A stretch of DNA of 60,357 bases from a virus (taxonomy: Duplodnaviria; Caudoviricetes): positions 1 to 60,357 of the IMG/VR virus record IMGVR_UViG_3300035211_000039; one strand, given 5' to 3'. Below, in pieces: positions 9,074-17,809 of this stretch. The first letter of the stretch is position 1. Every line of letters begins with the position of its first letter. A program made the position numbers and the translations under genes. The notes beneath the pieces are model-generated. The model was not told the origin of the DNA. It did not search any database and saw only the letters and a list, made by a program, of their open reading frames with translations.

Positions 9074-9454
9074 TCAGAACTCCTCTATTTTCCAACCACC
9101 GCCTTTGCTATTAGGTAATTTTTGGGCAGCTATAAACCTAAAGATCGGGAACTGCTCAGCAGACACTTTTATTTTTACCCTGGCGTCGTCTTCCCAGAAT
9201 CCACCCTTGACCTCATGGGCCTCAAGCTCTCTGTCCTTGTTCATCACAAAAAAGTCTACTGTAAAAAATGTTCTGTTGGCCAGCTTCAGCTTTATCTTTT
9301 CGTATCCGTACCACAAAACCAAACCACACATTCGCATCTGCTCAAGCCTATCGGCGTATTCCTGCTCTGTTTTGTTGGGGCCGTTTTTCGGTTGCCTGGT
9401 CCTTCCTCTCGCTATTGGATATCTCATGGATAAATCCCTTTTTTTAATTCGCAC
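9074..9454 (-). CDS. PD-(D/E)XK nuclease (DUF1064-like, possible resolvase)
   Basis: NKTEQEY..YE..TVDFFV..HEVKG. Confidence 0.75.
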   Translation of the reverse strand: MRIKKRDLSMRYPIARGRTRQPKNGPNKTEQEYADRLEQMRMCGLVLWYGYEKIKLKLANRTFFTVDFFVMNKDRELEAHEVKGGFWEDDARVKIKVSAEQFPIFRFIAAQKLPNSKGGGWKIEEF

Positions 9455-9460
9455 CCATGG

Positions 9461-9751
9461 TCACTGCGGGCCTTTTCTAAATGCCTCACACGGGCTGCCC
9501 TTGCATCCACAGTCGATACTCAATCCGTAATAATCTTCTGTTTCTAAATTGGGACACCTGACCAACTCGGCCACTGGTCGCCACAAGCCTATCTCGAATA
9601 TTGGGTTTGATTTACTGCGTATTGTAGATGTCCACGCACCTGCCGACCTCTGATGCCTGCCTGCACCTGTCCTTCTTGTGTAGGCATCATCCGGTATATT
9701 CAAACCAAGTTCATTACGTAATCGTTGAAAGAATTTTTGCGCCCTGGTCAT
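9461..9751 (-). CDS. Hypothetical protein
   Basis: RRTGAGRHQRSAGAW motif; GGAGG RBS. Confidence 0.7.
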   Translation of the reverse strand: MTRAQKFFQRLRNELGLNIPDDAYTRRTGAGRHQRSAGAWTSTIRSKSNPIFEIGLWRPVAELVRCPNLETEDYYGLSIDCGCKGSPCEAFRKGPQ

Positions 9752-9777
9752 AGTTGGTAGCCTCCATCACTGCATTT

Positions 9778-10140
9778 TCATCGGTTCATATCAAATTTTC
9801 GGGCAAGCCTTTTCTTGACAGACTCGATACCCTTTCGGTTGATCTCCAATTGTTCTTCCGGAATATTTTCGGGCATTGGAAGCTGGGCCGCTTCCTTGGC
9901 GGCCGACTCGCTTTTTATAAGGCGGTATTTTGACATCACGTCATGGGGAGTCGGAAAGTATGGTGACGATTGCCGGCACCGTTTGACGCTCTCCCTGAAG
10001 TCTTCAGCGCTCATATGAGAGCAATCGTTGAAAAGCACCCTTGCCTGAATAATCAGCTCGTCAGGTGTTTTCCTGGCCGTCAGGGCAATGTTCAATGCAC
10101 TCATCTCGGCCTGAACTATCTGTTCCGTCAATTTCGACAT
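9778..10140 (-). CDS. Putative helicase loader-like protein
   Basis: Follows the initiator; S.YFPTP motif typical of this position. Confidence 0.55.
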   Translation of the reverse strand: MSKLTEQIVQAEMSALNIALTARKTPDELIIQARVLFNDCSHMSAEDFRESVKRCRQSSPYFPTPHDVMSKYRLIKSESAAKEAAQLPMPENIPEEQLEINRKGIESVKKRLARKFDMNR

Positions 10141-10999
10141 CGTTACATCCCTCCAAATAATCGAGCGTTGCCCTGGCCATCTGCCTGCGTTCTAAATCCT
10201 GGCATTGGGCGTAAGTGGTTGGGTGTGGTGTGTTCGGCTTTTTCATTTTGACAACGAGCTGATCATACTGATCTCTGAGTTTTGATGCGGAAAGGATGTT
10301 AGATTGCCAAAATGAATCGTTTTGTGAAAACTCGATCACGGCCTTAAGTTTTTCAACTGTCCTTCCGTCCAATCGTATCGCCTTGTTGAAATCGTGAGCC
10401 CATTTTTGATAGTTTGGATTTTTTGCCTCTGGATTGTTTCTCTTTATGTAGGCGAACAAGTATGAGGCTAACCTCATCTCGTCGGAATCCGACGAGTATT
10501 CTTTCCTTCTTTCTTTCTTACCATTCTTACCATTCTTGTCTATGGTGTCGGGGGTCTGTGGAAGGTTGTAGGCTTCATTGTGGTCACCGTTGTGGTCACA
10601 GTTATGGCTTTCGTAGTTTTTAGGATTCTGATAATAGTCATAATTAATGATAGTTATAATAAGGCCGCGTGTGGTTCTCCTTGTGGTCACCATTGACCCG
10701 TTTCGTCTCGGCTTTCGTAAAAATTTCATAGCCGTTTCGCATTGGTCCTTTGAATAGCGCTGTTTTCGCCACCCAACCATCCAGTGTAGATCTTCCCTAA
10801 TATCCTCATATGACTTTAAAACCTGTCCTCTATCGAGAACTTCACCATACTTTTTTTTGCCCTGGTGGTTGGCTTCCCTGATCAGGTAATGCCAAATTTC
10901 TCTGACATGCGGAGGTGCATGGGCAATATCAGAGTCCTTTGCCTGTCTCGCCATAATATAATAACCACCAGGGATTTTTTTAGCTTGCCCCTTTGGCAT
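10061..10999 (-). CDS. Replication initiator (lambda O-like)
   Basis: GYYIMAR..REANH..RGQ..ITIINYDYYQ N-domain; DSFWQSNILSASKLRDQYDQL C-domain; alternative start 11011. Confidence 0.85.
   Translation of the reverse strand: MPKGQAKKIPGGYYIMARQAKDSDIAHAPPHVREIWHYLIREANHQGKKKYGEVLDRGQVLKSYEDIREDLHWMVGWRKQRYSKDQCETAMKFLRKPRRNGSMVTTRRTTRGLIITIINYDYYQNPKNYESHNCDHNGDHNEAYNLPQTPDTIDKNGKNGKKERRKEYSSDSDEMRLASYLFAYIKRNNPEAKNPNYQKWAHDFNKAIRLDGRTVEKLKAVIEFSQNDSFWQSNILSASKLRDQYDQLVVKMKKPNTPHPTTYAQCQDLERRQMARATLDYLEGCNDVEIDGTDSSGRDECIEHCPDGQENT
10566..10690. repeat. Iteron-like repeats, putative origin
   Basis: TTGTGGTCAC at 10578, 10590, 10681; degenerate copies at 10566 and 10602 (12-bp period). Confidence 0.5.
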
Positions 11000-11024
11000 G
11001 GCAACCCCCATTCGATCCGGATGG

Positions 11025-11225
11025 TTATTTTATGGGAACCGGCGTTCTGATTTCCTGGGCCTTCACCTTTCCGCTTGTGAGCGCCTCTATCCTGATGGCG
11101 TTCTCAATGCTTGGTATCCTGCGGCCCGATACCCAAAAAAAGACAGTTGTGATGTTCCATCCACCCATGAGAGCAAACTTTTTGTAAGTGATTTTACGCT
11201 TTTTGAGATATTCTTTTAGTGTCAT
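11025..11225 (-). CDS. Cro/YdaS-like HTH regulator (66 aa)
   Basis: MTLKEYL..FA..TV..W.SGRRIPS..A..IE..T.GKV. Confidence 0.85.
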   Translation of the reverse strand: MTLKEYLKKRKITYKKFALMGGWNITTVFFWVSGRRIPSIENAIRIEALTSGKVKAQEIRTPVPIK

Positions 11226-11232
11226 GGTTACA

Positions 11233-11322
11233 CGGTTACATTGAGTAATGTTTAAAGTCAACAAAAATTTATTACGCAATATCAAAAAAACAGCTTGACA
11301 TACAAATTACTACCTGTAATAT
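11233..11322. promoter_or_regulatory. Divergent promoters with two TTAC-N5-GTAA operators
   Basis: Plus TTGACA(11295)-16-TAATAT; minus TTGACT(11261) with weak -10; palindromes at 11235-11249 and 11306-11320. Confidence 0.7.
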
Positions 11323-11363
11323 TATAACCACAACAGATTTTAAACCAACCAAGGATCACGTCC

Positions 11364-11672
11364 ATGCAGCCAAAACAAGAGAAGTTTCTGAATCACATAA
11401 AAAGCCTTGGCCGCCTTATGACAGATGATGAGGCCCTTGAATACTATGTAGAGAACCATATGCGCGTAGATGTAAGCTGCAAATTCAACTATTACGCTCA
11501 CTATTACGACAGGTCGGATGGCATCAAAAAAGATCGATCGACATACTATGAAGACTACTCTTTAAACGAACTAAGATTAAAGGCGATTGATTGGCATCGC
11601 AGAATGATCGGGCAGCTTGTTATGAGAGGTTTCATAAAAACGGAAATTTGGAACCCCGACATCTGCCGTTAG
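11364..11672 (+). CDS. Hypothetical protein
   Basis: First gene of the plus arm; AAGGA RBS. Confidence 0.7.
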   Translation: MQPKQEKFLNHIKSLGRLMTDDEALEYYVENHMRVDVSCKFNYYAHYYDRSDGIKKDRSTYYEDYSLNELRLKAIDWHRRMIGQLVMRGFIKTEIWNPDICR

Positions 11673-11705
11673 CGGAGTTTAAACCAACCAAGGAGGTATC
11701 AAATC

Positions 11706-11978
11706 ATGGCAGAAAATTTTATCAATCTCGGAGATGAAGTAGAGGACACGGTATCTGGATTTAAGGGAATAGCGATTTCGCGCCACATCTATTTGCAGGG
11801 ATGTGACCGGATCGGAATTCAGCCACCGATGAAAAAGGATGGAACGCTGCCCGATGCGATTTCCTTTGATGAGCCCCAACTAAAGGTCACCAAGCCTAAA
11901 AAGGTGGAGCGCAAGGCCGCCCAAAAAAATCCGGGAGGACCTGAAAAGTACAAGGATCATGGTAGGTTTTCGGGGTAG
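11706..11978 (+). CDS. Conserved phage hypothetical protein
   Basis: LGDEVEDTVSGFKGIA..YLQGC..QP..FDE motif; AGGAGG RBS. Confidence 0.8.
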   Translation: MAENFINLGDEVEDTVSGFKGIAISRHIYLQGCDRIGIQPPMKKDGTLPDAISFDEPQLKVTKPKKVERKAAQKNPGGPEKYKDHGRFSG

Positions 11979-12051
11979 TTCTTACCTGCTTTCTGCCCAT
12001 CTATTGCGGGTGGGCAGACGGGAGTTAATAACCAACCAAGGAGGATTAGAT

Positions 12052-12258
12052 ATGAAAACAACAGATTTTAACGATCTCCAAAGAGGAGATATCGTGAAAC
12101 ACAAAAGCGATTATCACCTTTATGTTGTGACGGGAAATTACGGTGGGCGCGCAACTGCTGTAAGGTCTGTTGATATGACAAACCCAATCGAATGGGTTTT
12201 AGTGCGAAAATCAACCACCAAAACAGACGGCGGCATCCCAACCGATGCCGGTAGATAG
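12052..12258 (+). CDS. Hypothetical protein
   Basis: AGGAGG RBS; LQRGDIVKH. Confidence 0.75.
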   Translation: MKTTDFNDLQRGDIVKHKSDYHLYVVTGNYGGRATAVRSVDMTNPIEWVLVRKSTTKTDGGIPTDAGR

Positions 12259-12394
12259 CTGGCTGTGCCGGAAATGGTAGACGGACTTGGGTGGATGAAG
12301 GAACGAGATGGCGTTTCCTTATACTCGTAGGCACCCATCTATGCCAAGCGGGTAACTTCATCATGCGGGGTTCGAATCCACGCCAGCCAGCTCA
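12258..12394 (+). ncRNA. tRNA-like RNA with expanded anticodon arm
   Basis: Acceptor GCTGGCTG/CAGCCAGC; D arm CCG-GAAATGGTAGA-CGG; CTTGG/CCAAG enclosing 53 nt; T loop GTTCGAATC. Confidence 0.7.
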
Positions 12395-12425
12395 ACAAAA
12401 ACATAACATTTCAAGGAGATCAAAA

Positions 12426-12794
12426 ATGGAATCATCAGAAGGACAAGGTAATGGTTTGAGCGTTTCTGAAATTGCAAGGGTGTGCCATGAGGCAAATAGG
12501 GCATACTGTGATGTGATCGGAGACGATACGCAACCGGAATGGAGTCGTGCACCAAAATGGCAAACCGATAGTGCGATCAACGGAGTACGGTTTCACATGG
12601 AACACCCGGAAGCAGGAGATGCGGCAAGCCATAATAATTGGCTGGATGAAAAGAGGGCCGATGGGTGGAAATACGGGCCTGTAAAAGATGCCGACAAAAA
12701 AGAGCATCCTTGCATGGTGGCGTTCGAAGATCTTCCGCGCTTTCAACAGGTCAAGGATCGGTTATTCCGGTCCATCGTTCATGCGTTCATGTAG
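12426..12794 (+). CDS. RyR-domain protein
   Basis: CHEANRAYC..SHNNW..K..DGWKYGPVKD..KKEHPCMV.F..LP. Confidence 0.85.
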   Translation: MESSEGQGNGLSVSEIARVCHEANRAYCDVIGDDTQPEWSRAPKWQTDSAINGVRFHMEHPEAGDAASHNNWLDEKRADGWKYGPVKDADKKEHPCMVAFEDLPRFQQVKDRLFRSIVHAFM

Positions 12795-12957
12795 CAATCT
12801 CAGTCGCCGCCCCGCTTGGCAACACATATCATCATCGGCCAATTGGCGGCAGAAACAAAATACGGGGCCAAGGTTCACATAGGCGTTCTTTGGATGGGGT
12901 TCCCGGTAGCCGGATAAACCTGACTCCGGCATTTTCCAACATAAAGGAATACAGAAA

Positions 12958-13206
12958 ATGGGTGTAGACTTCGAAATAATCAACAAAATATCTGAGTATC
13001 TTTTCGATTGCCACTTAGAATATCCAAAAATCGTCACCATAAATGATCTGATTGGATTTCAACAACAGAATTGTGAAATGCCTGAATTCGATTGTGAGTG
13101 GATTGATCAATCACCTGGTGGTGGTATTACCGGAGACTCATTTTCCGGCAAAATGGCTTTTGAATTGGGAGATGGAAAGTTCCTTTTGGTTGAATACTGT
13201 TGTTAG
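12958..13206 (+). CDS. Hypothetical protein
   Basis: AAGGA RBS. Confidence 0.65.
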   Translation: MGVDFEIINKISEYLFDCHLEYPKIVTINDLIGFQQQNCEMPEFDCEWIDQSPGGGITGDSFSGKMAFELGDGKFLLVEYCC

Positions 13207-13248
13207 TTTACTTGCGTATACACTCCAGCATTTAAACGATAAAGGAGA

Positions 13249-13668
13249 TTGACGATGAATGTTTTAGAAGGCAAAAAAGTTGTTTCTGTTGAAATAGCGT
13301 CGGACCAGAAGGCACTACGATTTTTTATCGATGACGGTAGCGATATTGTAGCGCGCGCTGACGGAGATTGCTGCTCATCTACGTGGATAGAGCATGTAGA
13401 GCTTCCCGTTAATGGTTTTCCGGCAACGGTTGTAAGTGTTTCTGACGTTGAAATGCCGGACCTTGGAACACCAGACGGATTCGAGTGTGTAGCATATTAC
13501 GGCTGTAAGATAGAAACGGACAAGGGTACGCTATTGATAGATTACCGGAACGAATCAAATGGATATTACGGCGGTAATTTATCTTGGCCGGGAGAATACT
13601 TTTACGGCGGAGTTTACGGACAAAACGAATCGTCGAAAGAATGGAAACCCGTTAAATCTGACATATAA
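13249..13668 (+). CDS. Conserved phage hypothetical protein
   Basis: GDCCS.TWIE..SNGYYGG motif; start may be ATG 13255. Confidence 0.8.
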   Translation: MTMNVLEGKKVVSVEIASDQKALRFFIDDGSDIVARADGDCCSSTWIEHVELPVNGFPATVVSVSDVEMPDLGTPDGFECVAYYGCKIETDKGTLLIDYRNESNGYYGGNLSWPGEYFYGGVYGQNESSKEWKPVKSDI

Positions 13669-13720
13669 ATAGCCGTCTCCCGCCCCGCTACCACAGGTAG
13701 CGATAAACAAGGAGGGTAAA

Positions 13721-13948
13721 TTGAGCCCAGACACACAAAAGGTAATTGATGCCATAGAGACCTCCATCCACCAGATGTACAGCCTTACCGTAGAAGTTGA
13801 CGAATTTGAAAAGGTTTTTTTGGAACTTCTCGGTACAGACTATGCTCCTGATTGGCCTACTTCGGCGAATAAACCGCATGGCTATTTTTATGTAAATCAC
13901 CGCCTGGCCGGGATACACAGAGTAACCGTGACCAGGAAATCCAGTTAG
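13721..13948 (+). CDS. Hypothetical protein
   Basis: AGGAGG RBS, TTG start. Confidence 0.6.
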   Translation: MSPDTQKVIDAIETSIHQMYSLTVEVDEFEKVFLELLGTDYAPDWPTSANKPHGYFYVNHRLAGIHRVTVTRKSS

Positions 13949-13974
13949 GATAATTAAAACCAGGGAGTAAAAAA

Positions 13975-14637
13975 ATGGCTGACTTAAAAACCGTCAATGC
14001 ATTCAGACGGTTTCGACTCAGAATAGCCGAGCAGAAAGAGATAATCCGAGAAGGTGAAAGGAATCAAGCCTACTGGTGTATAGCCTTCCTTGTATCTGTG
14101 AGTTTGCTGGTCATTTCCGTTTGGTTTATGGCATATTTCCACGAAGAACTAAGAATTGCACAGATAGATAGCAATTGGAGGCCGCTGGCCGTAGGCGCCA
14201 CAAACGTGACCGACACTGACACAACATCAGCGTCTTCAGGTGGTGCAATTTTCTATTTCGAAGATTCAGATGATGAGGAAATCATAGCAGAGGGTAACTG
14301 CGTCGATAAGGCACTGAACATCATTACCATACTCGAACGAGATCTGAAGATAGAAAACGCCTTTGTAGCGGTAAGCGGTAGCACTGTAACTGGTTTTCAT
14401 GTTCAAGCAATGATTATTGACGGAGACGAAAAGACATATCTAAAGCTGAACGACGATTTTAATGTGGTGACTTCCGATTCCGAGTTTCCATGGACAACGC
14501 TCGGGGATGAATATCTTTATGTTCCTGCAGGCCTTTTCAGGGAATCCGCAATGCGGTTCGTACCTGAGTTTAGTTACACTGACATGAGGGACTTTTTGTA
14601 CGAAAAACAACTATTAACCAAAGGAGACCACCAATGA
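13975..14637 (+). CDS. Membrane-anchored protein, possible transglutaminase/papain-like domain
   Basis: TM near residues 33-54; GNCVDKA..GFHVQA. Confidence 0.55.
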   Translation: MADLKTVNAFRRFRLRIAEQKEIIREGERNQAYWCIAFLVSVSLLVISVWFMAYFHEELRIAQIDSNWRPLAVGATNVTDTDTTSASSGGAIFYFEDSDDEEIIAEGNCVDKALNIITILERDLKIENAFVAVSGSTVTGFHVQAMIIDGDEKTYLKLNDDFNVVTSDSEFPWTTLGDEYLYVPAGLFRESAMRFVPEFSYTDMRDFLYEKQLLTKGDHQ

Positions 14638-15068
14638 ACTACACTTTTTTCAAAATCAAATTTATGACCGGAATCATCCTTTTGATCGCCATGCTTATGC
14701 TGGTCGTGGCATCGACGCCGGCCGTAGCCACTGAAGGCTTCACCCAGGCCAAGAGCGGGATGTACGAATACATGGTGAGGGGAAACGAGATGATCGTGAA
14801 CACCCTTGAGCCCATGACAATCAGAAAATCAGATGTCGTTCGCAACAAGGGTGATTTGAAGCTGGCCCTGCCAAAGGCGCAGACCATCTGGCACAAAATA
14901 TACGATCGTGACGACGAAATCTCAAACGTTGTCATCGGTATAAGGCAGATGAGGATATATTCCCACCCATTCCCTGGGATATTGAAGCAGAAGCAGGTGG
15001 AGCATATCCTGAGCGTCTTGGATGAATACCTTAAGCCAACCAAGAAGCTGAGAGAGCAGGAAGAATAG
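14634..15068 (+). CDS. Exported hypothetical protein
   Basis: Hydrophobic leader ending AVA; AGGAG RBS. Confidence 0.7.
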   Translation: MNYTFFKIKFMTGIILLIAMLMLVVASTPAVATEGFTQAKSGMYEYMVRGNEMIVNTLEPMTIRKSDVVRNKGDLKLALPKAQTIWHKIYDRDDEISNVVIGIRQMRIYSHPFPGILKQKQVEHILSVLDEYLKPTKKLREQEE

Positions 15069-15088
15069 GGTGCACTGGTAGTTGATTG

Positions 15089-15122
15089 AAACCCGTCCCA
15101 TGAGGCGGGGGCGGGTTTTTTT
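15089..15122 (+). terminator. Intrinsic terminator
   Basis: AAACCCGTCCC..GGGGCGGG followed by T7. Confidence 0.7.
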
Positions 15123-15148
15123 AAATTACCAGAAAAAGGAGGAAACAA

Positions 15149-15319
15149 ATGCAGAATATAAAAATACTTGATGAAGCAATCCCGCTTATCCTGTCAGACG
15201 AATACGAGGCAAAAGATCTTCTCGAATTTATAAGGACGGGGAGACGATTTGTCGGGCTTAAGTCCATAGAGGATCAGCTTGAGGCCTTAATATATTCGTT
15301 TGGAGGTAACGAGTCATGA
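15149..15319 (+). CDS. Hypothetical protein (56 aa)
   Basis: AGGAGG RBS; ATGA overlap with next gene. Confidence 0.7.
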   Translation: MQNIKILDEAIPLILSDEYEAKDLLEFIRTGRRFVGLKSIEDQLEALIYSFGGNES

Positions 15320-15696
15320 TTGAGATAACGTTTTTCACAATCGCGTGCATCGGGGTAGCTGTTGCACTCATGACCTGGTTTTTCAGATCGTCTTTGAGAG
15401 ACGACAACGAAGAGATCAGGCGGGTGAAAGCCAGAAGGCAGAAGGAAGCCGTCTGGATAGCAAACCACGCTTTCGTATCGATCAACAAGTGGCACCTGAT
15501 ATTGATCGCAATTCTTTTCGTCGCCGGAGTTGTTTTAGCCCTATTACCCAACATGCCGGTGGTAAACAGGGATATTACAACACTGGCGGCGTTCAAAGGG
15601 GGTGATGCTGATGGGCAATTAGCCAAAAGCGAGGGTTTAACGGAGAGCGGGGCCTACAACGGGTGGGCCCCGCTAATCACCCCGATAGATTATTGA
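15316..15696 (+). CDS. 2-TM membrane protein
   Basis: Two hydrophobic helices; GGAGG RBS. Confidence 0.7.
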   Translation: MIEITFFTIACIGVAVALMTWFFRSSLRDDNEEIRRVKARRQKEAVWIANHAFVSINKWHLILIAILFVAGVVLALLPNMPVVNRDITTLAAFKGGDADGQLAKSEGLTESGAYNGWAPLITPIDY

Positions 15697-15753
15697 TCTC
15701 ATAAAGCTGAAACCCAACACGGATATACCCGTCAGAGCAAGGAGGAAACCAGG

Positions 15754-17802
15754 ATGAAGGAAATCAAATTAAAGAGTCTGTATGCTCGAAACTTCAAGGG
15801 CGGCAACATAGATATGGTTGCCGATGGAAATGACTTGGACGTATTCGGAGACAACAAAAGTGGAAAGACACGCCTTGCCGACGCTTTCTACTGGCTCCTT
15901 TTCAACAAAGACTCTCTCGACCAGGCGAACTTTCAGATAAAAACGGTCGATGAAAACGGTGAGGTGGTATCTGGTGACCAGGAGCACATGGTTGAGGCCG
16001 TCCTGGTTATCGATGGAGCTGAAAAATCCCTCAAAAAGGTCCACACCGAATCATGGGTGCGCCACCGGGGAGACGCCCATGACACCTTCACCGGCAACAA
16101 AAATGATTATTACGTTGACGGGGTGCCGCTGCAGGAGAAGGAATTCAAAAAGGTTGTCGATGATATCTGCCCCGAATTGACGTTTAAGCTGTTGACCAAC
16201 CCGCGCTTTTTCAACGAGGTGCTGACAACCTACAACGGCAAGAAATGCACCCATCAAGAGGCCAGGCGAAAGCTGCTTTTCGAGGTGTGTGGAGTTGATC
16301 TGAGTGACGAAGATGTCATTCGCCGGATGTTTCCTGACGGTGAACTGGACCCGGACTATGCCGCCATGATCGAAATCATCAAAGAGAGATCGTTCGACGA
16401 TCATCGCAAGATAGCCAAGGAGCGCCAAACCAAAATAAACAAGGAGCTGGACAAGATACCGGCCAGGATTGACGAGCGCACCCGCGACAAGGATGATTCT
16501 CTCAGGGATTACGATACGGTCATCGAGGAGATCAAGTCGGCCGACAAGGTTCTCAGGAAGAAAAAAGAGGCCCTTAGCGCGATCGAAAACGACGGCGCCA
16601 TATCGGACCTGAAAAAGAAGCTGGCCGAGGCCGAGGCCTCCGTCATAGATCGTGAGAACGCCCTTGCAAAGGATCGCCAAAAGCTTGTGGCTGAACACAC
16701 AAAGGCGCATCAGAAAAGGGTGGATGAAGCCACAAAAAACCTCGAAGCGGTATCGAAGAAAGTTTCAGACCAGAAGGTCAAACAGCGCGAGGTCGCAGAC
16801 AAAAACGCCGAGCTGGAAAAGGACATAGCCTCATTAGAGAAGAACCTGGCAGAGCTGCGCGAAAAGTTCGTTAAGGAGACCGAAAAGACTTTCGTTCCTG
16901 ACGTTGAGGGTGTGTGCTCGCGCTGCGACCAACCGATACCGGAGGAGGATCAAAAGGCAGCCAGTGAAAAAGCGCTTGCCGAGTTCAACGAGGCCCAGGC
17001 AGACACCTTCAAGGCAATAAACGAGGAGGGGGTTGAGAAAAAATCAATCCTTGAATTGCGCCAGGCGTCTCTTAAGAAGGGCCTCGAGGAGTTGGAAAAG
17101 ATCAACGAAAAACTCGTTTCCCTCGAAAGCCAGAAATCGGACCTTTCCAAAACCCTTACGGAAATAATTGGGGAAGATCCGGGCATTCCGAAGCAGGCCC
17201 CCGACAAGACGCTGAACGATCTGAAGCGCGCTGTTGAAACGATAAAGGGAAAGATCGATCACATAAAAGAGGTCGATTCACCAGACACAACAGAGGCACA
17301 GGCCGAAGTGGACGAGGCTGAAAAGGTACTCGACGATCTCAAGGCCGAAAAGCTGAAAATAGAGGCCGCGGCCACTTCCGAAAAGCGCGTAGAGGAACTG
17401 CGCGACGAGGAAAAGAATCTCGCCATGGAGTTTGAGCGCCTGGAACATGAGCTTTACCTGATTGGAGAGTTCGAACAGGCCAAGACCCGCATGATCGAGG
17501 ATTCAATCAACGACAAGTTCCTTATCACCAGGTTCAAGCTGTTCGAAAAGCAGATCAACGGAGGTATTGAACCGGTATGCGTGGCCACCCATGATGGCGT
17601 ACAGTACAATACGATGAACAACGCCTCGCGCCTGAACGTCGGAATCGATATCCAAAACGTCCTATCGTCTTTCTACGGCATCAGCATGGTCAAGTTCGTC
17701 GACAATGCCGAGTCTGTCACCCAGCTGCTTGAGTCTGGCTCCCAGACCATCAGGCTTATTGTCAGCGAAAAAGATAAAGAACTCAGATTTGAAGGGAGGT
17801 AA
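15754..17802 (+). CDS. SMC/Rad50-like AAA ATPase
   Basis: Walker A GDNKSGKT, long coiled coil, central CSRCDQ hook, Walker B FVDNAE. Confidence 0.9.
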   Translation: MKEIKLKSLYARNFKGGNIDMVADGNDLDVFGDNKSGKTRLADAFYWLLFNKDSLDQANFQIKTVDENGEVVSGDQEHMVEAVLVIDGAEKSLKKVHTESWVRHRGDAHDTFTGNKNDYYVDGVPLQEKEFKKVVDDICPELTFKLLTNPRFFNEVLTTYNGKKCTHQEARRKLLFEVCGVDLSDEDVIRRMFPDGELDPDYAAMIEIIKERSFDDHRKIAKERQTKINKELDKIPARIDERTRDKDDSLRDYDTVIEEIKSADKVLRKKKEALSAIENDGAISDLKKKLAEAEASVIDRENALAKDRQKLVAEHTKAHQKRVDEATKNLEAVSKKVSDQKVKQREVADKNAELEKDIASLEKNLAELREKFVKETEKTFVPDVEGVCSRCDQPIPEEDQKAASEKALAEFNEAQADTFKAINEEGVEKKSILELRQASLKKGLEELEKINEKLVSLESQKSDLSKTLTEIIGEDPGIPKQAPDKTLNDLKRAVETIKGKIDHIKEVDSPDTTEAQAEVDEAEKVLDDLKAEKLKIEAAATSEKRVEELRDEEKNLAMEFERLEHELYLIGEFEQAKTRMIEDSINDKFLITRFKLFEKQINGGIEPVCVATHDGVQYNTMNNASRLNVGIDIQNVLSSFYGISMVKFVDNAESVTQLLESGSQTIRLIVSEKDKELRFEGR

Positions 17803-17809
17803 AACAGAG

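Noticed and set aside
12258-12394. Canonical tRNA, tRNA-Sec or tmRNA
   Set aside because: No 7-nt anticodon loop, non-standard stem lengths, too short for tmRNA and no tag ORF.
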